A stretch of 64,000 nt of DNA from Acidimicrobiales bacterium (GTDB lineage: Bacteria > Actinomycetota > Acidimicrobiia > Acidimicrobiales > Bin134), in assembly GCA_965115985.1 (NCBI GenBank), contig OZ220474.1, positions 2,396,909-2,460,908 of the forward strand, given 5' to 3'. The translations under genes and the position numbers were made by a program. The stretch's first letter is position 1, and each line of letters begins with the position of its first letter. The notes under the pieces were generated by a model, which saw nothing but the letters and a program-made list of their open reading frames with translations, was not told the DNA's origin and made no database searches. Below, piece by piece: positions 44,169 through 52,042 of the stretch.

Positions 44169-44314
44169 CCTGGTGTCCTTTTCATCAATGGATCGTCCGT
44201 CATGTCTGCCGGCCGCCTGGTGTCCTTTTTATCAATGGATCGTCCGTCATGTCTGCCGGCTCTTCATCCGGGGGCCGCTTCCGACGTGTAGCCCTTCATC
44301 CGGGGGCCGCTCAT
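44165..44314. repeat. Composite repeat (47-bp x2 and 33-bp x2) carrying five ATGA overlaps
   Basis: cctggtgtcctttt.atcaatggatcgtccgtcatgtctgccgg occurs at 44169 and 44216. cttcatccgggggccgct occurs at 44263 and 44295. Confidence 0.9.
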
Positions 44315-45042
44315 GTCTCCAACCCCACGGTGAACGACCGGGTGTCGTCGTCGAGCATCTGGCGTATGGCCTCGGCCACCGGACCCCGGATGATGCGTCG
44401 AGTGGCCGCGAACGCCGTGATCGACAGCCCCTCGGCCAGCGCCGCGGCCTCGGCCATGGCGGCCTCCTCCAGCTCCTCGGCCGGCACCACTCGATCGAGG
44501 TAGCCGGCATCGACCGCGGTGTCGGGCGAGTAGAGCCGGGCCAGCAGAACCGAGGAGTGAACGTGGCGGGGGGACAGCCGGTCGCGGGCCAGCGTTATCA
44601 CCGACGCGGGCAGCACCATGCCTATGGCGGTCTCGTTGAGTCCGATCTTGGCCGGGACGGCCGCACCGATGCGCACGTCGCAGCTCATCAGCCAGATGGC
44701 CCCGGCGGCCAGGGCGTGGCCGGTGCAGGCGGCCACCACCGGGATGGGGAACTCGTACAGCCTCAGGAACAGATCCATGCCCGCTCGGAACAGGTTGCGG
44801 GCCGCTTCGGGGCCGGACTCCATCACCTTCAGATCGAATCCGGCGGTGAACCGGCCCGGGCGACCCATCATCACCACGGCCCTGGCCTCCTCGGCCGCTT
44901 GATCGAGCACCGTCTCCAGGCCGGTGATGACCTCGTGGGACAAGACGTTGACCTTGCCGTCGTCCAGCCTGATGATGGCGACGTCGCCGTTCGGTTCGTA
45001 GCCGACCGAGGCGCTGGTTGTCCCTGTCATGGCCGATGACAC
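44311..45042 (-). CDS. Enoyl-CoA hydratase/isomerase (crotonase) family
   Basis: VAIIRLDDGKVNVLS...GRFTAGFDL oxyanion-hole region. 243 aa. Confidence 0.85.
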   Translation of the reverse strand: MSSAMTGTTSASVGYEPNGDVAIIRLDDGKVNVLSHEVITGLETVLDQAAEEARAVVMMGRPGRFTAGFDLKVMESGPEAARNLFRAGMDLFLRLYEFPIPVVAACTGHALAAGAIWLMSCDVRIGAAVPAKIGLNETAIGMVLPASVITLARDRLSPRHVHSSVLLARLYSPDTAVDAGYLDRVVPAEELEEAAMAEAAALAEGLSITAFAATRRIIRGPVAEAIRQMLDDDTRSFTVGLET

Positions 45043-45083
45043 TATCCCACCCGTCCGCCAGGATCATCAGCATCGGGATCGTC

Positions 45084-45246
45084 CCCGCTCGGATCGTCGG
45101 AACCGGGACCGCCGGCACCCGGATCGTCCCTATTCGGATCGCCGGCGCTCGGATCGTCCCGTCCCTATTCGGACCGCCAGAACCGGGATCGCCAGCGCTC
45201 GGATCGTCCCGTCCCTATTCGGACCGCCAGAACCGGGATCGCCACC
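45084..45246. repeat. 48-bp tandem repeat x~3.4 in a divergent promoter region
   Basis: gcgctcggatcgtcccgtccctattcggaccgccagaaccgggatcgcca occurs at 45146 and 45194, with degenerate copies upstream. Confidence 0.85.
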
Positions 45247-45262
45247 ATTAGAATTGCTCGTC

Positions 45263-46204
45263 GTGGTGGCTGCCATTTCTGTTCGCGGTATGCGCCGAAC
45301 CTACGGAGAGGTGGTGGCGGTCGACTCGCTCGACCTCGAGGTGGCCGAGGGGGAGGTCTACGGATTTCTGGGCCCCAACGGCGCCGGTAAGTCCACTGCG
45401 GTGAGGATGCTGTGTACGTTGGTGTCGATGACCTCGGGGACGGCCTCGGTCGCCGGTTACGACGTGGCCACCCAGGGCGATCGGGTGCGGCTCAGCATCG
45501 GGGTGGCCCTTCAGGACGCGGCCCTCGACGGCAAGCTCACCGGGCGGGAGACGCTGACCCTTCAGGGCCGGTACTACGGTCTGGAGCGGGCATCCATCAC
45601 CGCTCGCATGGAGCAGTTGGCCCCCCTGCTGGAGATGGATGCCATCGACCGGCGAGTGTCCACCTACTCGGGGGGTATGAAGCGCCGACTGGATCTGGCC
45701 GCCGCGCTGATGCACAACCCCAAGGTTCTGTTCCTGGACGAGCCCACCACCGGACTCGACCCCATCAGCCGAGCCACGGTCTGGGAACAGATCCGGCGGT
45801 TGAATCGTGAGCTGGGCATGACCATCTTCCTCACCACCCAGTACCTGGAGGAGGCCGACATGCTGACCCACCGGGTGGGGATTTTGAACGAGGGTCGCCT
45901 CGTGGCCGAGGGAACGCCCGATGAGCTCAAGCGCACGGTGGGCTCCGACGTGGTGGTGGCCCGGGTGGTCGGCAACCCCGAGGTGGCGGCCGCGGCCATC
46001 GGCGAGGTGCCGGGCATAAGCAACGTGGAGGTCTACGAGAACGAAGTGAGCGCGGCCACCGGCGACGGGGCCTCGGTGATAAGCCCGGTGGCGGTGGCGT
46101 TGTCGGCGGCCGGAGTGGAGGTATCCGACCTGTCGATCCACCCCACCACGCTCGACGACGTGTTCCTCGAGCTCACCGGAGCCCGGATAGAGGTGGAGGA
46201 ATGA
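45263..46204 (+). CDS. ABC transporter ATP-binding protein (DrrA/ABC-2 type); start approximate
   Basis: GPNGAGKST, LSGGMKRRL and LFLDEPT motifs. The start is probably GTG 45263/45266 just before ISVRGMRRTYG. Confidence 0.85.
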   Translation: MVAAISVRGMRRTYGEVVAVDSLDLEVAEGEVYGFLGPNGAGKSTAVRMLCTLVSMTSGTASVAGYDVATQGDRVRLSIGVALQDAALDGKLTGRETLTLQGRYYGLERASITARMEQLAPLLEMDAIDRRVSTYSGGMKRRLDLAAALMHNPKVLFLDEPTTGLDPISRATVWEQIRRLNRELGMTIFLTTQYLEEADMLTHRVGILNEGRLVAEGTPDELKRTVGSDVVVARVVGNPEVAAAAIGEVPGISNVEVYENEVSAATGDGASVISPVAVALSAAGVEVSDLSIHPTTLDDVFLELTGARIEVEE

Positions 46205-46285
46205 GCGACCCGGCCTGCGACTCGTGCCAGGAGGCGGTGCGCTGCACCGGAGCCCGGATAGAGGTGGAGGAATGAGCGACCCGGC
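46174..46285. repeat. 71-bp-period duplication (41-nt core x2) of the ATGA ATPase-stop/permease-start junction
   Basis: caccggagcccggatagaggtggaggaatgagcgacccggc occurs at 46174 and 46245. Confidence 0.95.
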
Positions 46286-47090
46286 TCGGACGGCCCGGCC
46301 GGTCGCCTCGGTGATCGAGGCTCGCCCGTCGGGGTTCTTCACCGACATGGCCTCGGTGGCCAACCGGGCGCTGCGACTGCTGCCCCGGGACCTGGAGGCG
46401 ATCATTCCGGCCATGCTGGTGCCCCTGTTCTTTTTGGTGGTCACCATCGGGGCCATCCAGAACCTGGCCTCCGAGGCGGTTTCGGGGATCGACTACAAGG
46501 CGTTCCAGCTTCCGGTGGCGATAATGACCGCAGTCACCGGCATGTCCCGGGCCAATTCGCTCGTGATCGACATCTCCGACGGTTACTTCGACCGCCTGCT
46601 GATGACGCCGGTGAACCGCCATGCCCTGTTGCTGGGGCTGATGGTGGCCGACTTCACGCTGTTCGTGGTCATGTCGGTGCCGGTGATCGTGCTGGGTTTC
46701 ATCATCGGTGTGGGCTTCGGGGCCACCGGGTTTCCGGGCCTGGTGGTGTTCGTGTTGTTCGGTGCATTGTGGGGGCTGGCCTACACCGGCTTTCCCTACG
46801 CCATCGCGCTTCGCACCGGGAACCCCGCCGCGGTGAACTCCAGCTTCCTGCTGTTCTTCCCCTTCATGTTTTTGACCACCGCCTGGGTGAGCCGAGAGGT
46901 GATGACCGACTGGCTGGCCGCCATCACCTGGTTCAACCCCATGACCTACGCCCTGGAGGGCATGCGCTCGCTGTTCTCCGGCTGGAACGGCTGGGCCCTG
47001 GCCCGGGCCCTGCTGGCCATAAGCTCGGTAGGCCTCCTGGCCCAAACCCTCGCCTTCCGATCCCTACGAGGCCGCATCCGCCGAGGCTGA
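46272..47090 (+). CDS. ABC-2 type transporter permease
   Basis: Six hydrophobic segments. ATG 46272 (MSDPARTARP) is in the second junction copy. Confidence 0.8.
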   Translation: MSDPARTARPVASVIEARPSGFFTDMASVANRALRLLPRDLEAIIPAMLVPLFFLVVTIGAIQNLASEAVSGIDYKAFQLPVAIMTAVTGMSRANSLVIDISDGYFDRLLMTPVNRHALLLGLMVADFTLFVVMSVPVIVLGFIIGVGFGATGFPGLVVFVLFGALWGLAYTGFPYAIALRTGNPAAVNSSFLLFFPFMFLTTAWVSREVMTDWLAAITWFNPMTYALEGMRSLFSGWNGWALARALLAISSVGLLAQTLAFRSLRGRIRRG

Positions 47091-47091
47091 G

Positions 47092-47198
47092 GCGGATTGC
47101 GGACCGCCGGCGGGTACCTGCACACACGGCCCGTACAGGCCAGTTTCTCCCAAGGTTGCTCCCCCCAGAATCAGGTGTCCACCGAACCGGGGCAACTC
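47092..47198 (-). mobile_element. Remnant of an IS3-family end (terminal repeat plus first orfA codons)
   Basis: cccc.a.aatcaggtgtccacc.aaccggggcaactccaa matches 5196-5238. The similarity continues over the orfA start region (cacacg.ccc.tac). Confidence 0.7.
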
Positions 47199-47202
47199 CA
47201 AC

Positions 47203-47231
47203 TTGACACGGGGGGGGGGGGGGGGTAGTTA
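47203..47231 (+). promoter_or_regulatory. TTGACA-c-G16-TAGTTA element (candidate promoter with homopolymer spacer)
   Basis: A -35-like TTGACA (47203-08), a 17-nt spacer made of c plus 16 G (47210-25), then TAGTTA, 11 nt before ATG 47243. An identical 28-nt core lies inverted at 61200-61227. Confidence 0.4.
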
Positions 47232-47242
47232 TACAGACCGCT

Positions 47243-47509
47243 ATGACAAGTCCCTACGACAGTCCGGTTGCCAAGCCCCCCAATGGATTGGCGACGGCAG
47301 GATTCATACTTTCCTTCTTTACGCTTCTCCCGTTCTTCGGGTTCTTCGTCTTCATCCTTAGCGTGATCTTTTGTAGTATCGGGTTGCGTCGGGCCAACGC
47401 TGAGGGCCGTCAGGGCAAAGGTCTGGCGATAGCCGGCCTCGTAATCAACATAGCCACGCTGCTTCTCACAATCATTTTCGTCATAGCGATACTAGGGGCA
47501 GCCTCGTAA
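47243..47509 (+). CDS. Small membrane protein, DUF4190-like (2 TM)
   Basis: NGLATAGFILSFF... and GLAIAGLVINIATLLLTIIFVI. Lower G+C than the flanks. Confidence 0.7.
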   Translation: MTSPYDSPVAKPPNGLATAGFILSFFTLLPFFGFFVFILSVIFCSIGLRRANAEGRQGKGLAIAGLVINIATLLLTIIFVIAILGAAS

Positions 47510-47605
47510 TAGCGATTTTTGCTGATTGCGCGGCTATTACACAGCTTGGGTGGCAGGAGGTTGTGCGGCCCGGGTTGATGGGATAGGTGTCGTCAAGCTG
47601 GCTGG

Positions 47606-47714
47606 GGAACATCCGGCTTATTGCTCATGGTTCGGTTGGCTCTCTCGCATGATGGTTCCCGCCCGGCTCAGGCTGCGCAGGGAACATCCGGCTTATTGCT
47701 CATGGTTCGGTTGG
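47606..47714. repeat. 74-bp-period duplication (35-nt core x2) of the 3' end of the second DUF222-HNH gene
   Basis: ggaacatccggcttattgctcatggttcggttggc occurs at 47606 and 47680. Confidence 0.9.
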
Positions 47715-49020
47715 CCCGGTTGGTGTAACGCTTTTTGGCCGGGGGTTTGAGTTTGTGCTGCCCTTCGGGTTCGGTGGTCACGGTGTAGCCGTGTTTGTGG
47801 ACCTTGGTGTGGCAGGTGGGGCATAGCAGTACCAGGTTGGTGATGTCGGTGGGTCCGCCGTGTTCCCACCACAAGATGTGGTGGGCCTCACAAGCAGTGG
47901 CCCGCAGCCCGCAGCCGATGCAGTGCTTGTCCCGGGCGTAAAGAGCCAGCCTCTGTGCTTGTGTGGCTGATCGTTGTTTTCTGCCCAGGTACAACGGCAC
48001 CCCGTCGCCACCAAAGATGGCCGGTATCACCCCGGCATCGCAAGCGATCCTCCGTAGATCGTCGATGCCGATAGGGGTTCCGTCGATCAGCCCGGCGTTC
48101 TTCAGTCGCCCGGTCAACTCGTCGTAGTCAACCGTGACCAGCAATGTCGTGGCCTGCACGGCGACATCCTCGGTGGCAGCGTCCCCGCCGGTGGCAGTAT
48201 TCCCGCTGGAAGCAGCGTCCCCGCCGGTGGCAGCAGCACCCCCGTCGGAAACAGCATTGCCGCCGCCGGTGCTGGCGGGGGTTTGGGTGATGAGCGCGAC
48301 CAGAGCGTCGGCGTTGCGTTGTTCGTGGGTGCGGTCGTTGCCTGCTTTGAAGTCGTCTCGGAACATGCGGTCGTGGAGGTCGTCCAGCGCGGTTCTCACT
48401 CGCTCTCCGGAGAGGCGGTCGAGTTCGGCGTGGATGATGATCATGTCGTCGTCGCCGTCGAACACGCCGGCTCTCCGGCGTTTGCGTTGTTGTTCCAATC
48501 GGCTGGTTCCGTCGTCGCCGCATCGTTGGTTTTCGTGGCGGTCCACGGTTTTTTTGAACTGGTCGAAGTCCTGGGTTATGGCCAGGGCGATGAGCTCGAA
48601 CTCCTGGTCGTCGCCCAGGGGCACTCGTTGGTGGGATTCGCCCATCAGTCGGGCGTGGTCCATGGGTATCCATCCGTCCTGCACTGCGTCCAGTGTGGTG
48701 GGCAGTGCTTTGAGCACTTCCGCGGTCTTGGCCTGTTTGCGGGCCCGATAACGACCCAGGCCGAACTGGCGGCACACATCGGCCACCGCGTCATCGCCCT
48801 CCAGGTCACCCAGGCGACCCAGCAAGGCGGTCAGGTAGCCGTCGAGCCCGCGGCGGGCCGCGTCGGCTTGGAAGATCAGCTTGAGCAGATCCTCGGTGCC
48901 CAGCTTGGTGGGGGCGACCTGGTTCGCCTTCGAGCAAACACACGAGCAAGCACACCCGGCCTCCCGGCCTCCCGGTCCGGCCTGCTCGGCGTCGTCCCTG
49001 GTCACAGCGTCGATTTCCAT
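47668..49020 (-). CDS. DUF222 + HNH endonuclease protein, second paralog
   Basis: Same architecture as 32188..33534, with CIGCG...HHILWWEHGGPTDITNLVLLCPTCHTKVH. Confidence 0.85.
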   Translation of the reverse strand: MEIDAVTRDDAEQAGPGGREAGCACSCVCSKANQVAPTKLGTEDLLKLIFQADAARRGLDGYLTALLGRLGDLEGDDAVADVCRQFGLGRYRARKQAKTAEVLKALPTTLDAVQDGWIPMDHARLMGESHQRVPLGDDQEFELIALAITQDFDQFKKTVDRHENQRCGDDGTSRLEQQRKRRRAGVFDGDDDMIIIHAELDRLSGERVRTALDDLHDRMFRDDFKAGNDRTHEQRNADALVALITQTPASTGGGNAVSDGGAAATGGDAASSGNTATGGDAATEDVAVQATTLLVTVDYDELTGRLKNAGLIDGTPIGIDDLRRIACDAGVIPAIFGGDGVPLYLGRKQRSATQAQRLALYARDKHCIGCGLRATACEAHHILWWEHGGPTDITNLVLLCPTCHTKVHKHGYTVTTEPEGQHKLKPPAKKRYTNRANRTMSNKPDVPCAA

Positions 49021-49027
49021 ACCCCAC

Positions 49028-49033
49028 AGTCTA
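49028..49033 (-). promoter_or_regulatory. -10-like TAGACT box, leaderless arrangement
   Basis: TGTCACAGGTGTCGATAGACT-N7-ATG(49020). Confidence 0.45.
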
Positions 49034-49149
49034 TCGACACCTGTGACAGTATCCCCCCTGAATCATCTTCAGCCATAAGAATCAACGTAAAAAATATAGA
49101 AATATCCAGAATTTAATCGGTTTGAATGACAAAAACCTCCTACCTCTCC

Positions 49150-49186
49150 AGCAAGGCCCCGGAACCAGGAGCCCACCAAACCGGGG
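49150..49186 (-). mobile_element. Degenerate IS3-end-like fragment
   Basis: caggagcccaccaaaccggggcaacccc compared with caggtgtccaccaaaccggggcaactcc at 5212-5238. Confidence 0.4.
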
Positions 49187-49216
49187 CAACCCCATGGCAA
49201 CCCAAATATCGGCTTC

Positions 49217-49356
49217 GCGATGTTCGGGTCGTGGGGCCACGGCCAGCGTCCGGGTGGCGCACTGCCGGCCTGCACCGCGATGTTCGGGTCGTGGGGCCAC
49301 GGCCAGCGTCCGGGTGGCGCACTGCCGGCCTGCACCGCGATGTTCGGGTCGGGCAG
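49217..49356. repeat. 60-bp perfect tandem repeat x2.3 upstream of the NfuA-like gene
   Basis: cgcgatgttcgggtcgtggggccacggccagcgtccgggtggcgcactgccggcctgcac occurs at 49217 and 49277, with a partial copy at 49337. Confidence 0.95.
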
Positions 49357-49400
49357 GTCGGGGTCGAGTTCGGGCGGGTGGCTCGGGTAGGCTGGTCGGC

Positions 49401-50024
49401 GTGAGCGAGACGGTTCAAGCCCAACTGTTCGAGGTGACCGAGGCGGCCATTGCCAAGGTACTCGAGATCCGATCCAACGAGGATGATTCCGAAGCCCTCG
49501 GCCTGCGTATCGAGGTGACCGGGGTCAGCGGTGCCGACTACACCTACGATCTGGCGTTCGAGGAGATTGCCCAGTGCGTGGAGGGCCATCGCAGCATCAT
49601 CGCCGGGGGCCTTACGGTGATGATCCCCGAGGAGTCGGTCGAGGCGCTGACCGGAGCCACACTGGATCTGCCCAACAACCCCATGCAGGGTGGGCTGGTC
49701 ATCCGCAACCCCAACAAGCCCGACCTCTTGGCCGGTGCCGATCTGGAGCTCGCCGGCACGGTCCCCGAAAAGCTCCAGCAGCTTCTCGATCAGCACATCA
49801 ATCCCTCGCTGGCCTCCCACGGTGGTTTCGCCACCCTGCTGGGGGTGGAGGGGCCCACCGCCTACATCACCATGGGCGGCGGATGCCAGGGCTGTGCCAT
49901 GAGCGCGGCCACGCTGCGGGAGGGCATAACCGTGATGATCACCGAGGCGATCCCCGAGATCACCGATGTGGTGGACGCCACCGACCACGAGGCCGGCGAC
50001 AACCCCTACTTCGCCCGCACCTGA
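49401..50024 (+). CDS. Fe-S cluster carrier, IscA/HesB-like N-domain + NifU C-terminal domain (NfuA-like)
   Basis: GTG 49401. The protein has FEVTEAAIAKVLEIR... and HGGFATLLGVEG...GGGCQGCAMS. Confidence 0.8.
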   Translation: MSETVQAQLFEVTEAAIAKVLEIRSNEDDSEALGLRIEVTGVSGADYTYDLAFEEIAQCVEGHRSIIAGGLTVMIPEESVEALTGATLDLPNNPMQGGLVIRNPNKPDLLAGADLELAGTVPEKLQQLLDQHINPSLASHGGFATLLGVEGPTAYITMGGGCQGCAMSAATLREGITVMITEAIPEITDVVDATDHEAGDNPYFART

Positions 50025-50046
50025 ACCTCCCCCGACCCACCTGCTC

Positions 50047-50275
50047 CCCCGCCCGTCCGGGACGTGACCCGGATATGAGTCGTTCGGTCCGAGGCCGCCC
50101 GTCCGGGACATGACCCGGATGTGAACTGCCCGGTTCGGGCCCCGCCCGTCCGGGACATGACCCGGATGTGAACTGCCCGCTTTGGCCCCGCCCGTCCGGG
50201 ACGTGACCCGGATGTGAGTTGCCCGCTTCGGGCCCGTCCGTCCGGGACGTGACCCGGATGTGAGTTGTCGGCGCG
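50047..50275. repeat. 46/47-bp tandem repeat x5
   Basis: cgtccgggac(a/g)tgacccggat(g/a)tga... occurs at 50054, 50100, 50147, 50193 and 50239. Confidence 0.9.
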
Positions 50276-50294
50276 GCCTGGCAGAATGGCGGGC

Positions 50295-51992
50295 ATGTTC
50301 GATCTTTTGATTCGTGGGGGCACGGTTGTGGACGGGACGGGATCCGTTCCCAGGGTTGCCGATGTGGCGGTGGCCGATGGGGTGGTGGCCGCGATCCAAG
50401 CCGGTCTCGTCGCCGAGGCCACCGAGGTGATCGATGCCACCGGACGCTACGTGACCCCGGGGTTCGTGGACGTGCATACCCACTACGACGGCCAGGCCAC
50501 CTGGGATCCGATCATGGCCCCCTCGGCCTGGCACGGGGTGACCACGGTGGTGATGGGCAACTGCGGGGTGGGTTTCGCCCCCGCCGATCCCGATGCCCAC
50601 GACTGGCTGATCGAGCTGATGGAGGGGGTGGAGGACATCCCCGGGGCGGCCCTCCACGAGGGGATCACCTGGCGATGGGAGACCTTCCCCGAGTACATGG
50701 ACGAGCTCGAACGGCTCGACCGCACCATCGACGTGGCCGCCCAGGTGCCCCACGGGGCGGTGCGGGCCTACGTCATGGGCCAGCGGGGGGCCACCACCGA
50801 GGCGGCCACCGCGCCCGAGCTGGCCGAGATGGCCCGCATCGTGGGCGAGGGAACCGGTGCCGGTGCGGTGGCGTTCTCCACCAACCGATTGCCGCTGCAC
50901 ACCTCGCTGTCGGGGGTGCCGGTGCCGGGTACCTTCGCCGACCATCAGGAGCTGGCCGCCCTCGTGGGGGCGCTTTCGGGCCGGTCGCTGGTGGAGGTGG
51001 TGCCGGCCGGCTCCATGGGCGAGGATCCCGACGCCCCCATCCGGGAGGTGGAGCTGTACCGGCGGTTGAGCCTCGAGACCGGTCGAGCCATCACCTTCAC
51101 CATGGTGCAGATCCACGCCAACCCCGGCCAGTGGCGACGGCAGATGGACATCGTGGAGCGAGCCAACGCCGAGGGGGCCAGGCTGGTGCCCCAGGTGCAG
51201 GGCCGCCCCGGCGGGCTGCTCGCCGGATGGGATCAGTTCAACCCGTTCGCCAAGCGCCCGTCCTACCAGGCACTGGGCCACCTGCCGCTGGAGGAACGAT
51301 TGACCGAGCTGCGCCGCCCGAAGTTGCGTGCGGCGATCCTGGCCGAGGATATTCCCGGCGATCCGGCCATGGGCATCCTGCGCCATTCCCTGCACGCCAC
51401 GTTCCCGTTCGACGACGGCCCGGTGTTCGAGCCCGACCCCGCCGATTCGGTGGCGGTTATGGCCGACCGCACCGGCACCGATGTGCTCGAGCTTTTGTAC
51501 GACCTGATGTGCGACCGGGGGATGCTCCAGGTGTTCTTCACCGGCTACCACCACGGCGACCTCGAGGACCTGCGGGAGATGATGGTTCATCCCATGACCG
51601 TGGTCGGGTTGGCCGACGGCGGGGCCCACTGCCGGGTGATCTCCGACGCCAGCCTGCCCACCTACGTGCTCCAGCACTGGGTGCGCGACCGCCGGCGAGG
51701 ACCGAAGCTGTCCATGGCCGAGGCGGTGAGGCTGTTGACCTCCGAACCGGCCGAGCTCTACGGCTTCGACGACCGGGGCGTGCTGGCCACCGGCAAGCGG
51801 GCCGACCTCAACGTCGTCGACCTCGAGGCCATGCGCCTCCACCTGCCCGAAGTGGTGGCCGACCTTCCCACCGGGGCCCGCCGCCTGCTCCAGAGCGCCG
51901 ATGGTTACGACGCCACCGTCTGCGCCGGCGAGGTCACCTTCCGCCACGGCCACCCCACCGGTGCTCGTCCCGGAACCCTCATCCGGGGCTAG
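50295..51992 (+). CDS. N-acyl-D-amino-acid deacylase (D-aminoacylase) family amidohydrolase
   Basis: [16 protein letters not shown]...[13 protein letters not shown]. Confidence 0.85.
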   Translation: MFDLLIRGGTVVDGTGSVPRVADVAVADGVVAAIQAGLVAEATEVIDATGRYVTPGFVDVHTHYDGQATWDPIMAPSAWHGVTTVVMGNCGVGFAPADPDAHDWLIELMEGVEDIPGAALHEGITWRWETFPEYMDELERLDRTIDVAAQVPHGAVRAYVMGQRGATTEAATAPELAEMARIVGEGTGAGAVAFSTNRLPLHTSLSGVPVPGTFADHQELAALVGALSGRSLVEVVPAGSMGEDPDAPIREVELYRRLSLETGRAITFTMVQIHANPGQWRRQMDIVERANAEGARLVPQVQGRPGGLLAGWDQFNPFAKRPSYQALGHLPLEERLTELRRPKLRAAILAEDIPGDPAMGILRHSLHATFPFDDGPVFEPDPADSVAVMADRTGTDVLELLYDLMCDRGMLQVFFTGYHHGDLEDLREMMVHPMTVVGLADGGAHCRVISDASLPTYVLQHWVRDRRRGPKLSMAEAVRLLTSEPAELYGFDDRGVLATGKRADLNVVDLEAMRLHLPEVVADLPTGARRLLQSADGYDATVCAGEVTFRHGHPTGARPGTLIRG

Positions 51993-52042
51993 CCCCATCC
52001 CCCGAGCAGTCGCGCCCGGCATCGACCCTCTTGTTTTGACCG

